DNA of 48,924 nt, counting the filler, from Bipalium vagum (Eukaryota), in the NCBI GenBank assembly GCA_037834085.1. It is 2 parts of 2 records of this genome, joined end to end, with 100 filler letters (N's around TTAATTAATTAA, not from the genome) between each part and the next. Parts side by side here need not be neighbours in the genome. Positions count along the whole stretch, not along the records: positions 1 to 27,199 come from JBBMKC010102422.1; 1 more part is not named here. One strand, given 5' to 3'. Shown in pieces: positions 1-15,600 of the stretch (its first letter is position 1; every line of letters begins with the position of its first letter). The position numbers and the translations under genes are program-made. Below the pieces are notes generated by a model. That model was not told the DNA's origin. It saw only the letters and a program-made list of their open reading frames with translations, and did no database searches.

Positions 1-330
1 TATATTTTAATTATTTTATTATTTTGATTTTTGTATTATTTTTATTATTTTTATTTTTATCAGTTTTTTTTTATTTTAATTATTATTAAGAATAATAATA
101 TTTTTATTTTTGTAATTATTTGCAATTATTTTTTTAATTTAAATTTCATTATTTATTCTAGATTTTTTTATTCAAATATAATTATAATATATTATTATAT
201 TATATTTTTTTTTATTTTTATTTACTTTAATAAAATGTATAATGTTGTTTTATTTTTAGTCTTTTTAATGTTTATTTATAATTTTTGTATAAATATAAGT
301 AATATAATTATTTATGCTTTATTTCAATGA
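1..330. repeat. AT-rich low-complexity (ATT/TTTTA) tract
   Basis: Almost purely A/T with degenerate short units; intronic to TRPC. Confidence 0.7.
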
Positions 331-515
331 GTTAAGAAATTTAATTCGGAAAAATAAATAAAAAAATTTATAAAATTAGAATTAATGTTTCATTCGACCA
401 GAAAAGAGAATTTGAAATTATTTCTGGAATGCATCAGTTGCATTAATTAATTTTTGCTTTGGATATTTTTTTGTATAATGTTTTTTTATTTTATAAATAA
501 TTCATAAACAGTTAC

Positions 516-689
516 TTCTTCCGTTTTTAATCCCGGCAGTCCGAACAACTTCCTAATTTTTGACACTAGAATTAAAATTGCAGATCGCGACAATAAAAGG
601 TTGAAAGGAACAGGCAAGACCCCTTCGTGTTCAATGTAAACCAGCCATAAAACGGCTCTGGCAAACTTCCACTCTTCCAGCCGATCGCC
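516..689 (-). CDS. TRPC: TRPC exon: TRP domain (not in ORF track)
   Basis: Acceptor cattgacag|GGC, donor GAA|gtaact; encodes GDRLEEWKFARAVLWLVYIEHEGVLPVPFNLL...KTEE. Confidence 0.95.
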
Positions 690-3600
690 CTGTCAATGGA
701 GATCACATTAAAAGATACATTTCATGATAGGTTCGATAAACGTGTTTGGATACAATCATTTTTGATCCGTCGAAATTCTTTCTCCTCCTTTTTAATATAT
801 TTTACTATTAAAATATTCTCCGAATTTTTCTTTAATTTATTTTTTAAATAAATGGTTTATTTGCGTTATTTTACTTTTTTTCTAATTTATAATAAAATTT
901 ATAATAATTATAATTATTTATTTTTACCATTTTCCTTGCAAGCTTATTATTTATTATTTATTATGAACTCAGTATTATAAGAGTTTCGTCAGATTAACTT
1001 TTTTATTATTATTATTGTTTTATTATTACTATTTTTGAGAAACCCTTCTGTGTATAATGTGATCGGTAATTTTTTGTTTATCTTTACTGTTCTTAATTAA
1101 TTGTCTGATACCGACGATGAATTAAGAAAAATATAATGTAAAAAAGAAAATATAAAAAGATAAGTTTGTTATTAATTAATTATAAATTTTCATATAAAAA
1201 GGAAAAATATATGGGTTTTTATTAGAAATATTTTGTGGTGACAATATAATATAAAGAGGTATACGTCGCAAGGCCTCAACCGGGAAAATTGAAGTCAAAT
1301 CAATAAAATGCCACTTCTATCCCAAACCACGGAATCTTTACGACAGGAAATTCCGAAAAGCATTACTTGGATAGCTTTTCAATTTTGAAAATCCATTCCT
1401 TTGACTGTCTTTTAGATTAATGAAGGCAGAGTCTCAATAGTCTCTCGTCTTAGGTTATTCATTTGATAAAAAAATGTCTGATTGCATCCAGAAGACTCAA
1501 ATTTCATTTCTCGTGTTGCCAATATTTCGTCTGTTAAAAATCTTCACACGAACTTGCTACATAACTCTTGATTTCCATTTGCTATAGAAACAGTTGGAGG
1601 TTTCTTTTTCATACAATAGGCCTCTCGGATATCTGAGTTTGAGTAATTTTTCGTTCATTTATCACAATATCTTTCATTTTTTTATTATATTTCTTCACTA
1701 ATCTCAACAGGTTTTCTAATTTTGGTCGTACGAAAACACTTGTTTGATCAGATGAAAATTCTTGGATTCCGTTATAAATGGTCCCCTCAGATGAAGCTTC
1801 TTCACTATATATAACTCTTGAAGCTGATTAATAATTTCTTTCTTACCAGATCCCTTAATAACTAAATAACAGATTACATTGCAAAATTTCACATTTTCGA
1901 ACATTTTTTTTTGAATTAATCTAATCTGGTACAAACAAAAATTAGAATATTTAAACAAATCGCATATATTATTATTTTACATGGTAAATTTTTATTTAGA
2001 TATCTTCAATATGTCTGTTGATCCTAATTACTTTTTAGTCTTACCGTATGAAAAATTAAAAATAAACAACCTAAATAAAAATAAAAATAATAATAATGCC
2101 CCAATAGCTTCATAATAAATATAAATTTTAATTACCAAATTTCGAAATATTTCTTTATATATTTCCTTTGCAGTTATATTTTTATATTAATAGAGAATTG
2201 TTTTAATCAAGCTTATAAATAATGACAAATCAAAGCCATAAGTAGACTGAACATTGTCTTGATAGGCCGAAAAGTTGATTAATGATGAATAATTTTAAAA
2301 TTTAATTAATTAAGTTTTATTATTAGTAATAATTATCAAAAATAAGAATTTTAAAACCAAAAATGAGAAAGATATTTGAAGAAAAAGGAAGTAACGGATT
2401 CGGTAACAGCTATCATAAAAAGAATATTCTTTTTTCTATCTTTTCTCAGACTGTTAATTTTTTTGTTTTTCTGGTATTTTTTTAAAAAATGATTCGAAAT
2501 GTTTAATTCCAAAATAAAATTAATATTATTTAATTTTTTAAAATATTGCTAAAATTTTTTAATAACAGACAGGAAATTGGTTCAGTTCAATAACATTAAC
2601 TTAACATAATATTTTACAAAATGTATGGGAAAAACAACGATAATATATTTGTCATTAAATATATTACTGTTTATTATTTTATAAAATCAATAATATTAAT
2701 ATCTTAAATAATAAATATTTTTTTAATAATAATATATTTTTTTTAATATTATTTTATTTTTAATTCATTTCTAGTTGTCCCGGGAAATAGTTTGAGAAAA
2801 AGTTGAAAAATTGTTTATTTCTAACAAAATTTGTCATTTTGAATTTGTGTATTATTTAAACAATATCTATTTAAATAAATTTATTAAAAATAATATATGA
2901 TATCAATTTAATTTATTCATTGAAGCACAAATTTTAACTCATACTAATTTGGAATCATACTAATACACCTAATATCTATAAGTTACGCAATACATTAAAC
3001 AATTTAAAAGGTAATTAAACTTTAGTTATTTATAAAAACTAAAATCCATGATGGTAGATAATACGGTGTACTTACGACAATACATTCGTTATGTTCCAAC
3101 AATGAAAAAATGCTGCTGTCGTTAAGAAGTCAATATGTTCGGTTCTTTATGAAGGAGTTTTATCTCATAGCACTTGGAAATATTGTTTTAGGCGGTTTAC
3201 AGATGGTAATTATTAATGTAAGTGACCAAGCAAGTAGAGCTGATCACGCAACAGTTTCCACACGAATAGATAAAATGAAAAAATCAAGAAGCTTGGATTT
3301 GATAATATAGTAAGATAACTTTAAAGGGTACAATAATTTAATAACAATTAAAACAAAACAAAACGAAATTAAAAACCTTATCAGAAGACTGAGATAACTG
3401 TCGCACGTTGTCAATCGAACCATACAGTTTACTCAAAGACTGTCGAGCTCCAAGGAAGCAATGTATAATCCTTTTTCATACCCTCATGAAAATAGTTATG
3501 TCTGTAACAGAGAAAATCAATATCTTGATTTCATCTTTTCATTAACAATCTTCCGACCTTCACAAAGATACAAAAATTGTCTTAATCACATTTTTCCATT

Positions 3601-6600
3601 TTAACAGAGAGCTCTACTCATTTTATTTAAGGGTATTCTGTCAAAAAATTGTGAGGAAAAAATTTATTTCTCCTAATTTTCTGATATCCCCCGTCAAGAC
3701 AAGATAATTCTAAAATAATCTTGACTCAATCCTCAAGGTAAATATTTTATTATTGTAAATAATCAATCGTAATTGAGGAATTTCAGATAAAAAGATATTT
3801 CTTTTATATTATTAAAAAATCATTATGTAAGGAAAACTTTATTATTAATTAATTACTATTTTATTATTTATTTTGTTGTGTATTGTATTCGACCCTTTAT
3901 TCATTCTATGTCGGAGCCTTTGGTTTTCAAAAAATTTTTAACTTTTAAAATTTTTGCTAAGTGTCCTATGTGGATCCAACATTTTTAAAATCTTGTAAAA
4001 ATGATACACAATCATCAAATTACAACGACCACAATTTGTTAAATATTAGGGTATGCATAAGTTCAAGTCGCTGATGTATATGTGGAATTTAAGTACCATT
4101 ACTAATAATATAACTGAAAAATGGTATTTTGTTTAAGTAAGTCAATATTGATTATATTTATGGCATTATTTGATAATTAATTTAAGTTTACCAATTAATT
4201 TGTAGATATTATAATGGAAGTAGATAAAAAGCATATAAGCCACTGCATGTTGTTTTTGTTTAATTAGAACAAAACATCAGCCGGAGTAACTCGGACCATT
4301 TTCAATACATATGATGATGAAGCAGTACCCAATACTTCATTTTGTCAAAGGTTTCGACGATTCAAAATTCGTAGTTTTGATTTGAAAGATAAAGAACACA
4401 TTGGACGACCATATGAGATGAGTTCGGATGACTTGGAAACCTTTTTGATAGAGGATTCTATTCTATAGAGTGTAGTATTTTCAAGAAGGTTACATGTTAC
4501 CATAATTCGACGATTATATATATCTATATGCAGGGAAAGATTCATGAAAAGGAAAATGAGTTCTCCATGATTTATCCGAGAAGACCATTACCAATCGACT
4601 CACAAATTGTCTTTTGCTTCTCAATAGATACAAGCAAAAGCATTTCTTGTCTTGAATTGGGACCGGATACGAAAAGTGGAAATATTATTCAAATTTCAAT
4701 CGCAAAAGGTTATGGTTTAATTCTGGAGAACCAAGAAAATCATAGCCGAAATCATTCATAGTCTCAAAGCTCTTATTTGTATCTGGTGGGATATGTACGG
4801 AATTTCTCATTATGAACTGTTAAAACCATCAGAAACTGTTTTTGCAGAGTTATACAGTGCCAATTGAAGCAGTTGGAAGAGAAATTAATATAAAAGCGAC
4901 CATATTATGCGACTAAGCAGAACACAGTGATTCTTCTGCACCACAATTCCAGACTCCATGCTGCATTAACAACCAGGGAAACATTGGTGGAATTAGAAGG
5001 TGAAGTTCTTCCACACTCAGCTTATTCTGCACTCCGTCAGATTTTCACCTATTTCGTTCCATGCAGGACAGTCTTCCGGATACACGATTCGGAAATATTG
5101 AAAAGGTACAAAAATTCATCGACAATTTCATTTAATCAAAGGACAATGGCTTTTTTCATCGTAATATCTATCTTTTACCTGAAAGATGGGAAAAAAGTTG
5201 TGAATAATGACGGAAAGTATTTTTATTGAATGTACTTTGTTATTTGTAATAATATTAATAAAAATTATTCGTCTTAAAAGGATGTAAATTTATGCATACC
5301 CCTAATACATAGTTTTTCGAAATTTTTACCAAGTTAAGATTTTTCCGTATCCTAATTAAAACAAATTAATAATATTATTAAAAATAATTTTCGATTATGT
5401 TTATAAAATTTTCATTTATTTTCATCATAAAATGTTTTGTGTAGGAATTATATCATATAAAATATTTAATAGTTTATTATAATATTAATATATTAAAATT
5501 AATTAATTATTAATAAATTATATAATAAGAGTTTCTGTAATTTATACACTATAACTAATTACAAAGCTTATGCTATTACTTGAATTTCATCAAAAGATTT
5601 GCTCATCATGGCAATCAACATATTGAGGAGAATGATAATAACAATGGCGCAATACGTTCCATACAGAAAACTCCCAACCGTACTTATCAGAAATGCACTG
5701 TCTGAAACATGGAGAGTTTCTTGCCCAGGATATCCCAGACCCATATTCCCGTCAATGCTTGTGGCATTATTTGATGACTGACCGAAAAGTGTCCAATATA
5801 AAGTGTAAAATGTACTTCCGGTGCTAAAGAAAAATTATTATTATTTTTATTATTTTTATTTTATTATTTTATTTATTTATTATTTTTTTATTACTATTAT
5901 TATTATTAGGATATAAAGTATAATATATTTATAATATTAGAATAAATTTTTAGTTGTGTAACATACGGCTGGATTTATAAAAAATTTATAAGATTTATTA
6001 TATTAAGAAAATACAACAAAATTTTCAATGGGTTGTTTTTTAATAGACGTAAGTATGAAACTAAGGAAGGATGAATGCTGGTAATCAAATATTAATGATA
6101 TTATCTGGCATTAGAATTAGATTAACTAATTAGAAGTTTTCAATAAACTTCAAAAACTGGTGTGGAACACTATCATTATGCCTTTGTTTAGGAGCTCGTA
6201 CTCTGGTTTATTCAGAGATCGAAATTAGAAGGACAGCTATGGATCATGAAAGTTTGTTTACAGTGTTATACCATGAAAGCTATTTAAAACGAAAAATACA
6301 ATTTAGAGGTTGCTGTTAAAACGTTTTAATTTATGTAAGACAAAGACTAGACCCTTTTACAAAATCAAATACCACCCATGGTTTGTATTAATATCAAATG
6401 GATACTTTGAAACTCTAAATAAATTGTCGTTGAATTAATTGTTTCAAATTATCAAAAGAGAATTATATTTGGACCAAAGAGTTTCTACATTATCAGAAAC
6501 TTTGGATAATAAACAAAAATTGAAAAATTGTAAAAGCTCAAAAATTATTCAAGACATTGTTTCAAAAATCATCATCTTCTTGAGAAATCATTGGTCGAAT

Positions 6601-9600
6601 GGATATCACGAATGGATTCTATTAATGGCTACTCGACTAATGAAATCATTCTCGCTCGAGCAAGGCAATTAGGGAAAAAGCTAAATGTTGATAACTTACC
6701 AAAAATTCATACAAAAAAAGCATCTACAAAAAACTTAAGATGACTTTTTAAAAAAAACAATTGTCTTTTTTTAAGGACATTGTCTTATTACTAATTAATT
6801 GATCAATAATTTAATCCGTCGATAATATAGACTTTAGATTCCTTCACAATCCGAAAGGAAATCGATTTCGAATTTTCCGTTTAAATGAACGCTCACTGTA
6901 TTATATAATAAATTGAATATCTGAATTTTATCACATTTTATTTAACTCAAGTGAATAAATTATAAAATAATATGTGACAATAACTATATTATTTATTATT
7001 TATATACTTATTTAAAGAAACAATTAGATAAAATAGTTGTGTCATATTTCCCATTAATTCATTATATGAATTTTCCCTTAACCTCCCAAATGAATTACAA
7101 GTGGATCTTATAATTAATTAATTTATAATTTTATTTTTTTTAATAAGCAAATTTATAAAATAATTTAAATAATCACTTATATACCTAATGTTTATGGACT
7201 TCCAAGAGGAAATGAATATACGAAGGTAATGAAGGATTTAATTTATAAAAATTATTTATTATTTTTAAAATCATAATACTTATTAATAAAATTTAGAAAA
7301 AATATTTATTTGTCATTGAAAAATTTATATCTCTCTTTATAAAAGAAAATAAAAATCTCCTTCCTCTTTAAAATATATTAAATTTCAAAATTTATTTTAC
7401 TTGTGATATTTTTTCCTTTTTTAAAGGGGAAATGGGAAGAATATACAAATTTTCTACGAAAACTAAAGATATTGTAAAAACGTTAAGCATGTACGTAATA
7501 AAATAAAAACAATATTTTTAAAAAATTTTTGTTTTTAATAAACCAGCACTCAAAGCTGAAACAATAAGTGAGAATCAATAATGAATCAATGCATGGTTGG
7601 ACATAGAATTGTAACAAAACTTGGCGACAGGATATAAAAAGAGTTTACGAACATTTGGAAGCTCTCATTGAACACGTTAACAATACCGATTGATTTTATG
7701 GACTCAACGGTTTCAGAACAGACAAGGGGTAGAACGGTCAACAAGAACAGAATGGTCTCTATTATCAAAACAGTTTTAAAGATTAAAATGGCTTCCGTCG
7801 TAGAAAAACTGTTTTTTATTAAAAATAGATTTTTAAACTATAAAAATAATAATTACCAAACTTTAGCTATGAAGATGAACTAAATTTGTGGATTTTTAAG
7901 ATTAAAAATATTTTTCATAAATTATAAAATTTTTATTGTTTTATTTTTTTTAAATTTTTTTATGTATTATTAATTTTTATTTTTTTTATATATTATTAAA
8001 TTTTTTTTAAATTATTACATTTTTAGTAAAATGTAATTTAATAAATATTAATTCATTAAAAATATAATTTTCTTTTAATATTTAATTATTTAATTAATAT
8101 TCATTGCATATTTATATTTATTTATTTCAAAAAATATGGTAAAATATTGGGATTTTTTTAAAAGCGAGAAAATAAATTTTTAGAAAACATTTATTTAATT
8201 TTCTATTATTTTAATTAAAAAATGTTGTAATATAATCAAAGCTTGTTATTTAATAAATAATAATTTTAGTGTTTTCTGTTTTAATGAAATATTTTTTTCA
8301 AAAAATTCAATTAAATGAAAAGCAAATTGCGTTTCCATTTGTTCTCTAAAATAAATAAAAATAAATAAATAAATATTTTTCTAGAAAAATAATTATATTT
8401 TTGAAAATATGACATTTTGAATAATCATCACATTTAATAAAAATATTGTTTTAATTTTTTCACAGACTTCCATTTTCTGAAATGAAGAACGCTCTACCAA
8501 AAATTATTTCAATGATATTTTGTTAAACATTTCTGTCTAAGGCTCTCATCTATTTATATAATCGCTATTATCTTTCATATTTAAATATATTATTTTTATA
8601 CATTTTAATTTCAACTGTTGATGGGTTCTCAGTGGATAATAAACCTGCTTAAAATAGAATTGAATTCCCTTGTACCCATCGAAAATTTCACTTTCACCAG
8701 CATCAAACCCACTCACAAAATATACTAGTGAGCTAAATTTTTAACACCCTTAAAAATCTTTGTATTATCTATTGATTTAAGTTTATAACTTATGTAAACT
8801 ATAAATATTAATTAACTAAAGAACTTTTCACCCAAGTAATTAATTAGTTGTTTAAATATTCAATTTAATAATGTGATAAGTTCAAAATTTTTGACACTAA
8901 CACATTATATTTTAATTTAAAGTAAGTTATTTTGACGAGATACAAAATTTACAATTTTCATGTATAGTTATGAAATCTGAAGTCGAAAAAAATACAGCTT
9001 TATGTTTAAACATTTAAGCTACAATGAAAAAGCCAAAACTACCGGTTTTCCAAAGATTGTGTGACAGAAATATTTTTAAAAAGAAAGGTTCAGATTCAGA
9101 AGATAAGAGGTAGAAAGAGTAAATTAAATGCCGTCTACAAATTAAGGCTAAATAGAAAAATTGCTAGTATGCACAACAATGGCTATGCACAACAAAAGTT
9201 AATTGTCGAAAATTGATACATGAGTGCAATATCCCAGCATCCAGATTTACTGTGGCACGTTATCTGAAGCAACATGGTATAAGATACAGGAAAATCAAAA
9301 AGAGTTTGCCACTGATGCCATTATACAAAGTCAAACCAGCTGAATTAGGCAAGATGTGGTTGGCCAAAGCCATCCCTTGGAGCGAACGATTTTTTCAGAC
9401 GAAAAATGGTTTTCTCTTGATGAACCAGATGATTAGCGAACTTTTGTTTATTCAAAACAAAAAATTTTCTTCCCAGGCATCAAAAAAGGGTAAAAATAAT
9501 AAATGCACAAATATTAAAACGAATACGATTTTATAATCACTTTTAGAGAAATTTTATCAGAAAAAATGTCAAAAAAATATCAATTTTGATTAAAAAATTT

Positions 9601-12600
9601 TGCTCACTAGTATATACTAAATACGATTTTTAACTGAAAATGACCCTCAAAAATATTGTCTCGAATAAAATACCTTTGTAAAAAAAGAAATCAATCAATC
9701 GAAATACAGGATTAAATACTGGATATAGTTGAACCCATTTCTTTCAACCCATGGCAAGCCTGACAGCTTCTGTTTAGCCAAAGTGTATAGAGGACTTTTG
9801 TCTTTAAAGTGAATTTGAGAAATGCCTATATTTTTATCGGTAAGTAATTGGTGGACTTTACATTAAAAAATAGATTGCACTGTTTTTGTCTTGTTTAATA
9901 TTTTTCTGTTATAAATGTAATTTTTCTGTAAGTGCTGCAGAACCTTTGTACCAACCTAATATATCAAAATAGAAAATTGAAAGCTTTTACGCCATTGTTA
10001 TAAAAATTATTGTTTGTTGCAATTGAAATTGATAAATTATTATATTTTTAATAACTTTTCACCGAATACGATACAGAGTGCAGTGATCAAAAAATTTCCG
10101 AAATATCAACAACTAAAAATCCATTTAACTAATGTATTAGGACATTGTTATATACGTAAGTGGTACGATCTCCTTCAAAATAACCATCTTCAGCTAAAAT
10201 TAATTTATTCCAAAGTTTTTTCCAATACTCGTTGCACTTCTCATATTCGATCTTGATATTTTTCTTAGAAGAGTCTCCTTTGCTTTTTACCATATCGTTT
10301 TAATCGACTGATAAATCGGTGAATGTGGAGCTTTTCAATAGTATGTGTCACGTGTTTGAAAAAATCAAAAAAATAAGCAACAAAGTGTGAGTTCGGGCGT
10401 AATCACAATAAAAGATTCAAGAGTTTTCCATCCACATCTCGAATTTTTTCAAGGATTTAGTCGCCTGCTAACACTTAGATATTCACGCATTTACTGCTTG
10501 GAGAAATTCATAGTGTACAATGCTACGAATATCGAAAAAACAGTTAGCAAAACCTTGGTTTTCATTAACTTTTGAAACGCCATTCAATTGGTTGATGCTT
10601 AGTTTCTATGTCATAAGTTTAGATCAAAATATTAGATCTATTATACGATTAAAAACGTAGGATCATTTCATATCGAAGCAATATACGAGTCTTATACTCT
10701 TAGAAACTTTAATTCAACATTACTTTTCTTCCTGTCAGTCTTGCAGCAATACGTTTCATACTCAAAGTTTTCGCAAAATAGATTGACATGAGCCAAAAGA
10801 ATTTCCAGTCAATATGATAATATCTTGGATTGTCAATCTGCAATCCACAACTGTAATTTCCTTGATTTTTGTGACATGTTTCTCATTAACTGCTGTTGTT
10901 GGCCTTCCTTTGCGAGATTCATCAACAATTTTGACACTTAATTATTTTTTACCTTAAATTTTTTATATCAATTTAATAATTTTGTTTTTAATGATATTAT
11001 TCTCTGTAACATTTTTAAATCATTCAGACATTACTTATTGATTTTTTTTGTTCAAGTTCAATTTTCGCACTCATTGCAAAAATGAAGATCATTAATATAT
11101 TTAATTTAAACAAACATCATTATTCGTAAAACAGTTATTAATAGGTCACTCACAAAAATGCAAAAAATTAGAAAAAAAAGAAATGCAAATTTTTCTAAAA
11201 ATATGTAATTACTTTGTAAAAATATTACAAAAAATGTCAAAACCTATTTAGAAAATTTTTTATTAAAAGTTAGATGTGGATTACAAAACTTTATTTAACT
11301 GTACAGGTATTGGTGTAATCATGAACAATCTGACTTGACCTACTTTCAATGAAATGACCTTGGAGTAAAAATTAAGTAAAATTAATGTAATATTATTAAA
11401 AATGTTTATGTAAATTTAAAATTATTATAAAAGTTATACCTAATAGATTGTCAAATTCCATTTTTAATTTTAATTATTTAATTTAAATAATTTGGAATAA
11501 TTTTAAAATATATATAGTAAAAAAATTAAAATTATCTATATAGATTCTGTCGAAAATTATGTATCTATGTAGATTCCAGGGTCATTTCATTGATAGTAGG
11601 TCAAGCCAGATTGCTCATGATTACCGGTATTGGAATTACTCAGTCCGTTAAAATAGGAAATAAAATAATTCCCCAGATTTTTTGGTTTAAAATATACCAA
11701 AAAATATTTTTAAATTACTTAGTAATAAATTTTAATCAATTATTATTAATAAACCATTAATTATTATTTGCAATTATTTAAAATGTTACCTTTTATTATT
11801 TATTATTTAAACAAATTTGCTTTTATAATTTGCATTAAATAATGTAAAAATATATTCCAAAATAATGCAAAAAAAATGTATTTGGTTTCCCTAGTTATTA
11901 ATATATGATAAAATTTTAAGTGCATATGACAAATATCAGTAACAATATAACAATGGTCATTACGGGTGAATAAAATATTTGAGCTTCTTTCAAATAACAT
12001 CCCGGATTTTTATCACCGTAATATTCTGAATAAAATTTTTTACATTACTCTTATTCAACATCTGTTGAATATTGTGGTAACAAGTTAAAATCCTTTTATT
12101 TAGAATAAAAATGTTATAAATAAATCAGTTTGTTATGATCATTGTTACCATGTAAACAAAAATATATTTTTCTGTTTTAAATTTTTGAAAAAAAATATCA
12201 AATTTAGTTCAGTAAAAATTCTTTTTTAACAGTTACAAATACGAACCTCAAAAATTCATTGTAAAAAGAATAATTAAAATTATAATTATCAAAAACCTTT
12301 GGAAAGCTGGAATGGCACTGTCAAGAGTCAAGGAAAACTCTTGGGTATAAGATTGATTTGTATTTATAATTATTTTGGCGAAATACCAGTAGAGATTCGT
12401 CATTCCAACAACAAAGGCGACAACAATCTAAATATTAGAAATATAATCTTTTTTTATTAATTAGGCAATATATATTCAGGAAATAAGATATTTTTAATTG
12501 GCAATTTTTTTTTTTAATAATTATAAATAAAACTTTTTTCAAATTAATTTTTTTTAAATAAGTCGGTTTGAATGATCTTTAAGGGTTTTATTTTTAAAAA

Positions 12601-15600
12601 ATTAATATATAAATTTTATAACAATTTAAAAAGTTGGTAATTATGTGTCTCAAAGTCAGCTTTGTTTATGTAAATTAATTACATATTAAACTATATCAAT
12701 ATTTTCTGTTTATTTATAATTTTAATTAAATCAATAAATCAATCGTAATTTTTTAAAAAAATTATTTACAAATAGTAATAACCATTTAGGAATAAAATCG
12801 ATACCTATTCTAAAGAAATTAAAAAAAAAGAATTTGCATTTGAAAATTATGGAGTATGCCAATAAATAAATTAAAAATACTTTTGGCCAACAGGAAATTA
12901 AAAAAACAGACAAAAACTAAAACATGAAAATGAAAAGAAATTTTCTATGGTAACGAGTAAATTTGGTAAAGACGACAAAAGAAAAAAATGTGAGTCATTG
13001 TTAGCTGAAAATAATTCACTGAACTGAAAAAGCAGAAACTTAATTATTAACATAAATAAAGGAAAAAATAACAGCCAAAATTAAATCAATATAATTTTTT
13101 AAAAAAATTATTAATTATAAAAAAATTTTAGAATTAAAGGGGAAGTATTTTTAATGAAATTTTATACATTATTAAATACTTTAAAAATACCGGACATTTT
13201 AAAGTAAAATTTAAAAATATTAATTATTAAAAATAATTAAATTAAAATAGTTGGAATAGAGAACACAAGAATTAAAAATTAGGAAAAAAATTTAAACAAA
13301 AATTCAAAGGAAACATAAATGTCGACTGAAGACTGTCTGAAACGAAAAAAATCTATAAATGTCTGAAAAAGTGCTATACTAAATAAAAATCATGTATTCA
13401 TTAATATTTTTGTAGACTTTATTATTAAAACTTTAAGTAAAAGATTGATTTTATTGATTAATTTTTGACAAATCGTAATTTTTTTTTCTATTTAATTAAT
13501 ACTTTAATTTTTAAATTATTTAACATTAACAAAAACTTTGATTAATTAAATTTATTTTAAAATATTTATGAGAATAATTTATCTTTAATTAATTCCCATT
13601 ACCCTACACTATTAGTGTAACCATAATCCTATAAGTCGTCATTAACAAAGATATAAAGAATTACACAAGGGTTTTCCTTGGGTGGTACTTCTGATCCCAA
13701 GGGAATTTCTAATTGTAACAAATGACACATTCCTTTGACGAACATCCGAAAATACTCTGATATTCATTGAGGAAAGAATAATCTCTCTAGTTTGAAGTGA
13801 TTAAGTTTTTAGTTATAGAGAAATACATTCTTTATGTCCTTAGAGATTGTCAAAGGAAATAGATAAAGCTCTAGACATATCTGAGTTTCACATTTTTTCT
13901 TCAATATTTACATCATAGAATCTTTTCTGAAATGCTTCTTTGAGGCTTATTTTATTATATCCAAACTTATACATTAGTTTTGTGTAAAGAGGGTTTATTT
14001 AGTTTTTTCAATATAATGAAAAATATATAGATAGATAAAGATATGCTAAGGTATACTGAATATTATTATCAATATAAACACACTGAGAAATATAAATAAT
14101 ATACTGGGTGCGTCAGTTATTTGAAGACAAAATATATCATGATAATTTTTTTAGTGGCGCTAAAATTGATTTGCAATATTTATTGATACAACATTAAATA
14201 ATTATTTTTTAATTTAGAAATGGAAGAGTTAACTTTTGAATTAACACAAGAAATTAAAAGGCATGCAGTTATTGTTGCATTAGCCGCCGGACACAGTGAC
14301 TTAGAAAGTTCCAACTTTCTTAATATAGCCAGATCGTTTGTCAATGAAATTAGAAAGGAATGTTTGGTATCTGATCGAAATGTTTCCTCTATATCTAAAA
14401 AGAAAACACATTCCTCACCTTCAAATATTGTCAGAAATGTTAATTTTGTTCAAAAAGTCCAGGGTATTGTTCATGAAAGTCCCGGAACATCAAGGAGAGA
14501 AATTGCTCATCAACTATCGGTTTCTGAATCAACAGTAAGACGAAGGCACATAATGATTAAAAATGTAAGTCCTACGTCATGAGAAGAAGACATTTTGTAT
14601 CGGCAAAAAGCAAAGAAAATCGTTTAATCCGCTTAAAGTGTTTTCTAAACAAAATCAAGCATACTGGTCATCCAAACATGTTATGGTTTTTTTCTGATGA
14701 ATAACTTTTTACTCAAGATCAAAAGGTTAATAGGAGAAACGATCGATGGCTGTGCTCCAGTGCTTCTAAAGTCCTTAATGTTATGCACACCAAGTTTCCA
14801 TCATCTTTAATGATATTGGGTGTTGTGAGCAACGAAGGTCATGTTAATCCTCCGTATTTCTTTCCACAGGGACTTAGAATTATTGCATCTCTTTATATCA
14901 AATGTGTGGATACATATGTGAAGCCCTGGATTGAAAAAGTTGCCCATGGAAGGCCTTATGTGTTCCAACAAGACTTAGTTCCCTGCTACGCAGTATTAAA
15001 AACACAGAAATAGCTATAACGGAGGAGTACCGCCCTGCTGAAAATAAAGTTTTTGATAGTCATCACGTCATTTCAACTTCGATATATAAGGTATTTTTCA
15101 AATCGTTCAAGTAAATAGCACCGGTTACTGTCCCTTCAAAGAAAATAGGTCCTATAATTTCAGATGAAGTAATACCACCCCAAACAGTGACGCCTGGTTT
15201 GTTTAACTGACTCTGAATGAGGGTTTTCTGAACACCAATAAACAGAATTATGACGGTTAGCGCATCCACTAAGCTTAAATTGAGGCTCATCATACCAGAT
15301 TATTTGGTCTAAAATTTCAGGATAGTCCATAGCTTGGCTCTTAAAGATTTCTGCAAATTGCAGTCGACGATCAGGATCCTCTTTTAAAAGTCCACGTAGA
15401 AGACGCGGTCTGTGCGATTTAATTTTTAGTTTTCAAAGAATATTAATGAGAGATTCACGACTGATATCTAATTGAAGACTGCAGTGCCTAGTTGATTTAT
15501 TAGAACTCATTTGTAAAGCCTGTGCTAAAAAGATTTTTATTTTTGCTAATAATTTGAAAATCTCTATTGGCCAACCTATGTACTGTATACTAACTTTTTG

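Noticed and set aside
31-330. 99-aa hydrophobic ORF
   Set aside because: Product of T/A low-complexity sequence (F/I/Y/N-rich) with a TTG start and no motif.
5599-5781. Plus-strand ORF, and likewise 26993..27175
   Set aside because: Antisense shadows of TRPC exons.
11957-12149. Short inverted pairs (ATTACGG.TGA.TAAAA; GGTAACAA/TTGTTACC)
   Set aside because: Too short in AT-rich DNA and no convincing TSD.
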